The notes below the pieces were generated by a model. That model was not told the origin of the DNA and searched no databases. It saw nothing but the letters and a program-made list of their open reading frames with translations. Source: Candidatus Latescibacterota bacterium (lineage in GTDB: Bacteria; Latescibacterota; UBA2968; UBA8231). Taken from it: a stretch of DNA of 64,000 nucleotides. The position numbers and the translations under genes were made by a program. Location: the NCBI GenBank assembly GCA_965217585.1, contig OZ244561.1, forward strand, positions 5,088,001 through 5,152,000, read 5' to 3'. Shown here piece by piece: positions 59,745-64,000 of this stretch (position 1 is the first letter of the stretch; each line of letters starts with the position of its first letter).

Positions 59745-59817
59745 AGAAAATTGTATTTGCCCGGCAAAAGCCTATATTACTGACGAGCACAGTAATCTAT
59801 ACGAGGGTACGCGAGCG

Positions 59818-60516
59818 ATGAAAGACGAAGAAAGTCATCTAATTCCGGTGTACATTTTTGACATGTACCCCTATCCAGACGCGGAGCAGGGCTTAGGCAT
59901 ACCGCAGAAATTTTTGGTTTTGCTCAAGGGCACGGAAAACAGCGTGGTGCCCATCACGATTGGCCATTTTGAGGGACAAGCCCTCGCCATGGCCCTCCGC
60001 AAAATCGCCTTGCCGCGGCCTTTGCCGCACGATCTGTTGTGCAACCTGCTCAAGCGAATCAACGCCGTGGTCCACAAGCTGGTGATCCACACACTCAAAG
60101 AGGACGTTTTCCACGCCTACCTGCTGGTCCAGGCCCAGGGCCAGTCCTTCTACCTCGACTGCCGCCCCAGCGACGGCATGATCTTGGCCACGCTCTTGGG
60201 CGTGCCGCTCTTCCTGACCCCAGAGGTAATGGCGGCGGCCGGCCAGCCGCTGGACCACTCCGATCAGCGCGAAGCGACCAAGGGTGAACATGCGGCTGCG
60301 CCCGAGGCGGACCCGGATGCGTCCGCAGAGGACGAAGCGGCCGAGCGCGAAGGTGCCGCGAAGAAGTCGGAGGCGTTTGTGGATCCGCAGACGGGCGAGC
60401 CGATAAGCCGGTTGGAGCAGCTCAAGGCGCACTTGGACTACCTCATCGCCCAAGAGGCCTACGAGCAGGCGGCCAAGGTCCGCGATCGCATCAGCGAGCT
60501 AGAATCCGAAGGCTGA
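59818..60516 (+). CDS. Bifunctional nuclease (DUF151) with C-terminal UVR domain
   Basis: PITIGHFEGQAL, RPLPHDL, DCRPSD; EAYEQAAKVRDRI. Confidence 0.88.
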   Translation: MKDEESHLIPVYIFDMYPYPDAEQGLGIPQKFLVLLKGTENSVVPITIGHFEGQALAMALRKIALPRPLPHDLLCNLLKRINAVVHKLVIHTLKEDVFHAYLLVQAQGQSFYLDCRPSDGMILATLLGVPLFLTPEVMAAAGQPLDHSDQREATKGEHAAAPEADPDASAEDEAAEREGAAKKSEAFVDPQTGEPISRLEQLKAHLDYLIAQEAYEQAAKVRDRISELESEG

Positions 60517-60588
60517 GGGGCGCTCTCGCCGCGCCGCGCTTGGACGCTCTTGCACTGCTGTTGCCGTGCGGGGGCGTTTTTTTGTGCG

Positions 60589-62469
60589 CTAGCTAGCGGA
60601 TTGGGCGCGGGCGTGCAAGAAGACCATGAGCGAAGCGAGGTCGGCGGGCGAAACCCCGGAAATGCGCGACGCCTGTCCTAGGGTCTGCGGGCGGATCGCC
60701 GCGAGCTTTTGGCGCGCCTCAGTCGAAATGTTCAGTCCGGGAACGGCGAAGTCAAAATCGGTCGGCAAGCGCATGGATTCGAGGCGCTTGAGCTTTTGCG
60801 CTTGGGTCTCTTGGCGCTTGATGTACCCCGCGTATTTGATCTCGGCCTCGACGTGTTCGGCCGCGTCTGGGGAAAGGGGCTGTGGAGGCGGGGCGAATTC
60901 GCAGAGGTGGTCATAGTTGAGTTGGGGGCGGCGCAGCAACTCGGCGAGCGAGGTCGATTCGGCGATGGGAGCGGTGCCCTGCCGCGCCAAGACTTCCTGC
61001 ACCTTTTCGGTCGGTTTGACGCGCTCGTGCTGTAGGCGTTCGCGCTCGGCAGCGACTTGTTGCTGCTTGGTTTGAAACCGATGCCACAGGTCGTCGCCGA
61101 CCAACCCCAGCGCCCGGCCCTTGGCCATCAGTCGGTCGTCGGCGTTGTCTTCGCGCAAGAGCAGGCGGTGCTCGGCGCGCGAGGTGAAGATGCGGTACGG
61201 TTCGAGTGTGCCTTTGGTCACGAGGTCGTCGATGAGGACGCCGATGTAGGCATCGGCGCGCGTGAGGACGAGCGGGTCTTCGCCGCGAGCCTTGAGCACG
61301 GCGTTGATGCCGGCCATGATCCCCTGGGCCGCGGCTTCTTCATAGCCGGTGGTGCCGTTGATCTGGCCGGCGAAGAAGAGATTGGCCACGCGCTTGGTCT
61401 CTAGGTGCGGGTAGAGCTGGGTCGGCGGAGCGTAATCGTATTCGACCGCGTACGCCGGGCGCATGATCTCGGCCCGTTCGAGGCCGGGTAGGGAGCGCAC
61501 GATCCGGTGTTGCAGGGCTTCCGGCAGGCTCATCGATAGGCCGTTGAGATAAAACTCAAGAGTGCGACGCCCCTCTGGCTCGACGAAAACTTGGTGCCGC
61601 TCCTTGTCGGCAAAGCGCGCGATTTTGTCCTCTATGGAGGGGCAGTAGCGCGGGCCGATGCCCTCGATGCGCCCGCTGTACATGGCCGAGCGCGATAGGT
61701 TGTCTTGGACGATCTGGTGGGTGTGGGCGTTGGTGTAGGTGATCCAGCAGGGCATTTGCGGCCGAGTAATTTTTTGCACCGCATAGGAAAAGGGGCGCGG
61801 CGGGTCGTCGCCGGGCTGTTCGTCGAACGCGGCAAAGTCGAGGGTGCGGCCGTTGACGCGCGGCGGGGTGCCGGTTTTGAGACGGCCGGTCTCAAAACCG
61901 AGTGCGACCAAGCCCTCGGCGGCCTTTTCGGCCGCGGTCTCGCCGGCGCGCCCGGCGCTATAAGAGAAATCGCCGACGTGGATCTTGCCTCGGAGGAAGG
62001 TGCCGGTCGTGAGGATGACGGTGCGCCCTCGGTAGGCGATGCCGCCCTTGACGCCGACGCCTTGGACGGCTCCGTCCTCGATCAGCAAGCTCTCCATCAT
62101 GCCTTGGCGGATGTCGAGATGCTCCTGCTGTTCGCAGGTGTACTTCAATTCAAATTGGTAGTCCTTTTTGTCGGCTTGCGCCCGCGAGGCGCGCACGGCT
62201 GGTCCGCGCGAAGTGTTGAGGCGGCGGAATTGGATGCCGGTGCGGTCGATATTGATGGCCATCTGGCCGCCGAGCGCGTCGATTTCCTTGACGATGTGTC
62301 CCTTGCCGATCCCGCCGATAGCCGGGTTGCAGGATAGCTGGCCAATGGTGTCCAAGTTCATAGTTAGGAGCAGGGTCTCGGCTCCCATGCGCGCTGCGGC
62401 GAGCGCGGCCTCGGTACCGGCGTGGCCGCCGCCGACGACGATGACTTGGTACGCTTTGTCGTAAATCAT
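60589..62469 (-). CDS. mnmG: tRNA uridine-5-carboxymethylaminomethyl synthesis enzyme MnmG
   Basis: [55 protein letters not shown]. Confidence 0.98.
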   Translation of the reverse strand: MIYDKAYQVIVVGGGHAGTEAALAAARMGAETLLLTMNLDTIGQLSCNPAIGGIGKGHIVKEIDALGGQMAINIDRTGIQFRRLNTSRGPAVRASRAQADKKDYQFELKYTCEQQEHLDIRQGMMESLLIEDGAVQGVGVKGGIAYRGRTVILTTGTFLRGKIHVGDFSYSAGRAGETAAEKAAEGLVALGFETGRLKTGTPPRVNGRTLDFAAFDEQPGDDPPRPFSYAVQKITRPQMPCWITYTNAHTHQIVQDNLSRSAMYSGRIEGIGPRYCPSIEDKIARFADKERHQVFVEPEGRRTLEFYLNGLSMSLPEALQHRIVRSLPGLERAEIMRPAYAVEYDYAPPTQLYPHLETKRVANLFFAGQINGTTGYEEAAAQGIMAGINAVLKARGEDPLVLTRADAYIGVLIDDLVTKGTLEPYRIFTSRAEHRLLLREDNADDRLMAKGRALGLVGDDLWHRFQTKQQQVAAERERLQHERVKPTEKVQEVLARQGTAPIAESTSLAELLRRPQLNYDHLCEFAPPPQPLSPDAAEHVEAEIKYAGYIKRQETQAQKLKRLESMRLPTDFDFAVPGLNISTEARQKLAAIRPQTLGQASRISGVSPADLASLMVFLHARAQSAS

Positions 62470-62747
62470 GATCGTTTATACTCGGCGAGGATGCGGTCGC
62501 CCTCCTCTTGGGTTTCGCGCAAGAGCGTTTGGAGCACGTCTTCGGGGGTGCCGGCGCGCTCTTGCTTTTCGGACCAGTGCCACTGGTTCAGATAGGCGTC
62601 GGAGCCCACTAGGCCCTCCTGCATGGCGATGCGATCGATCGCGAGCTGGAAGCGGGCGGGCAGGGTATGCGAGCGCGGCCGGCGGCCGACAAAGAGCTTG
62701 ATTTGCGCGGGAATATCGCGCCAGTAAAGGACTTGGTATTGAATCAT
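62466..62747 (-). CDS. 'Virulence factor' domain small protein (often next to methionine-synthase modules)
   Basis: YWRDIPAQI...[12 protein letters not shown]...DAYL..W. Confidence 0.75.
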   Translation of the reverse strand: MIQYQVLYWRDIPAQIKLFVGRRPRSHTLPARFQLAIDRIAMQEGLVGSDAYLNQWHWSEKQERAGTPEDVLQTLLRETQEEGDRILAEYKRS

Positions 62748-63733
62748 GAGTCGAGTGCCTGGCGAAAGGCGCGGATGTGGTCGGGTGTGGTGCCGCAGCA
62801 GCCGCCGATGATCTGGACGCCGGCAGCCGCTAAGTCTGGGATGTACATGGTCATTTCCTCGGGGCTTTGCGAGTAGATGGTGCGGAGGGCGCTGTTGAGC
62901 CGGGGCATGCCGGCGTTGGGATAGATCATCAGCTTCTTGGCGAGGCCGCGTTCCTGCATGGCGGCCTTAAACTGCTCGACGCCGTGGAGAGCGTACGGCA
63001 TGCCAGTGTGCTCGCTGCGCCGGGTTTCGGCACCGCAGTTGATCCCGACGAGGTGGACGTGGTCGAGGAGGTTGTCGCCGCCGGAGTATTGGCCCGAGGC
63101 GAGCGCGTCCAACAGGTTGGCGGCCGAGTGCCCCCAATCGGTGCGATAGACGATCTGCTTGCTTTTGCGGTCCTGCGTGTATTTGAGTGCGAGGTTGACG
63201 GCAATGGGCAGGCCGGTCTGGCGGGCGATGTCGCAGATCATGGCCGCTTCGACGGCTGAAAACTGGGTCTCAACGGAGAAAAAATCTACCCCGCCTTCGT
63301 AGAGCGCGTCGATGATGCGCTGATGCGCGGCGCGGACCTTGTCGTTGGCAATGCCGAAATCCGTACTGCCCGCGTCGGCTTCGATGGCCCCAGGGGAGGG
63401 GCCGATGGAGCCGGCGATGAAGACGTTTCGCTCGCCGAGTTCCCGGGCGCGCTGTGCTAGCTCGGCCCCGCGCCGGGCCAGTTCGCTGGCCTGGCCTGGG
63501 TCTTTGCCGGCCATGTCCAGATGCAGTTCGGAGGCGACAAAGGTGTTGGTGCCAATGCAGTCGGCACCCGCGGCGATGTAGTCGGCGTGGATATCGACGA
63601 CCGCCTCTGGATGGCTTTCGTTGGCGAGGGTGGAGTTGGTCAGCTCGATTTGGCGGGCGAAAAGCTGGGAACCAAAGCCGCCGTCGTACAAGAGGGGGCG
63701 CGAGTCGTCGAGGCGCTGAAGGAAAGGGGACAC
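62744..63733 (-). CDS. Homocysteine S-methyltransferase family protein
   Basis: DGGFGS, AGSIGP, GINCG, PNAG, GGCCGTTPDHI. Confidence 0.9.
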   Translation of the reverse strand: MSPFLQRLDDSRPLLYDGGFGSQLFARQIELTNSTLANESHPEAVVDIHADYIAAGADCIGTNTFVASELHLDMAGKDPGQASELARRGAELAQRARELGERNVFIAGSIGPSPGAIEADAGSTDFGIANDKVRAAHQRIIDALYEGGVDFFSVETQFSAVEAAMICDIARQTGLPIAVNLALKYTQDRKSKQIVYRTDWGHSAANLLDALASGQYSGGDNLLDHVHLVGINCGAETRRSEHTGMPYALHGVEQFKAAMQERGLAKKLMIYPNAGMPRLNSALRTIYSQSPEEMTMYIPDLAAAGVQIIGGCCGTTPDHIRAFRQALDS

Positions 63734-63748
63734 GGGGTTTGTCTCCGT

Positions 63749-64000
63749 CTATGACAGGGTGTCGGCGCGGGAGTCGCTGAACAGCCATTCGAGCAAGCGT
63801 TGGCCAAAGTCCGGCGCAAAGCGCGGTACGTGCGAGCCTTGCTCTATGGTCCACAATTCGATGGTGACGTCGTTGCGGCAGCCCGTGCGGTAGCGGGTGC
63901 GGACGGTCTCGGGGCCGTCGATGTCTTGGTCGAGGTCGAGCGGAGGGAGGGTTTCTGGATCGGTGAGGTCGCAGCGGGCGAGTGCAGCCCAGCGCAGCGC
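63749..64000 (-). CDS. C-terminus of an alpha/beta-hydrolase (LpqC/PHB-depolymerase-like), truncated by the window end
   Basis: Manual translation: RWAALARC...GCRNDVTIELWTIEQGSHVP...LLEWL...*. Confidence 0.6.
   Translation of the reverse strand, partial: ALRWAALARCDLTDPETLPPLDLDQDIDGPETVRTRYRTGCRNDVTIELWTIEQGSHVPRFAPDFGQRLLEWLFSDSRADTLS

Noticed and set aside
59753-59765. TTGCCCGGC as an off-target of the TnpB guide
   Set aside because: Only 9 nt match and not correctly adjacent to a TTAT TAM

Overview
High-GC bacterial genomic window. It is probably from Ca. Latescibacterota or a related FCB/PVC candidate lineage; this is inferred only from protein style (C-terminal 'SWGRIK' motif, many FlgD-Ig/'SPNGDGIND' proteins, BMC vertex genes, PhyH). 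1-15.8 kb: a co-oriented minus-strand envelope gene cluster, read 5'->3' as TPR lipoprotein, CBM9-like secreted protein, three paralogous secreted proteins with C-terminal FlgD-Ig/T9SS-type-B-like domains all ending 'VAY', two paralogous ~950-aa probable outer-membrane proteins, and a parvulin PPIase lipoprotein. 15.9-20.9 kb: gene debris, an uncharacterised enzyme and a CRTAC1/ASPIC-UnbV protein. 21-29.8 kb: a type I R-M operon carrying inserted candidate defence genes (DUF2442/DUF4160 TA pair, an amber-interrupted Zn-ribbon/HEPN gene in the PrrC position, DUF6978+DUF1828/9). 30-64 kb: mostly housekeeping and metabolic genes (ABC-2 exporter, acyl-ACP desaturase, sigma54-type psp-like operon, three BMC pentamer genes after ispH, manC, aminotransferase, Lnt-TatC fusion, radC, mnmG). 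This stretch is interrupted by a TnpB-only IS200/IS605 element, a peptide ABC cassette flanked by 156-bp direct repeats, and a tandem array of hypervariable secreted Gly-zipper paralogs with conserved spacers. No rRNA, tRNA or CRISPR array was recognised. All domain calls are by eye from motifs, not from database searches.
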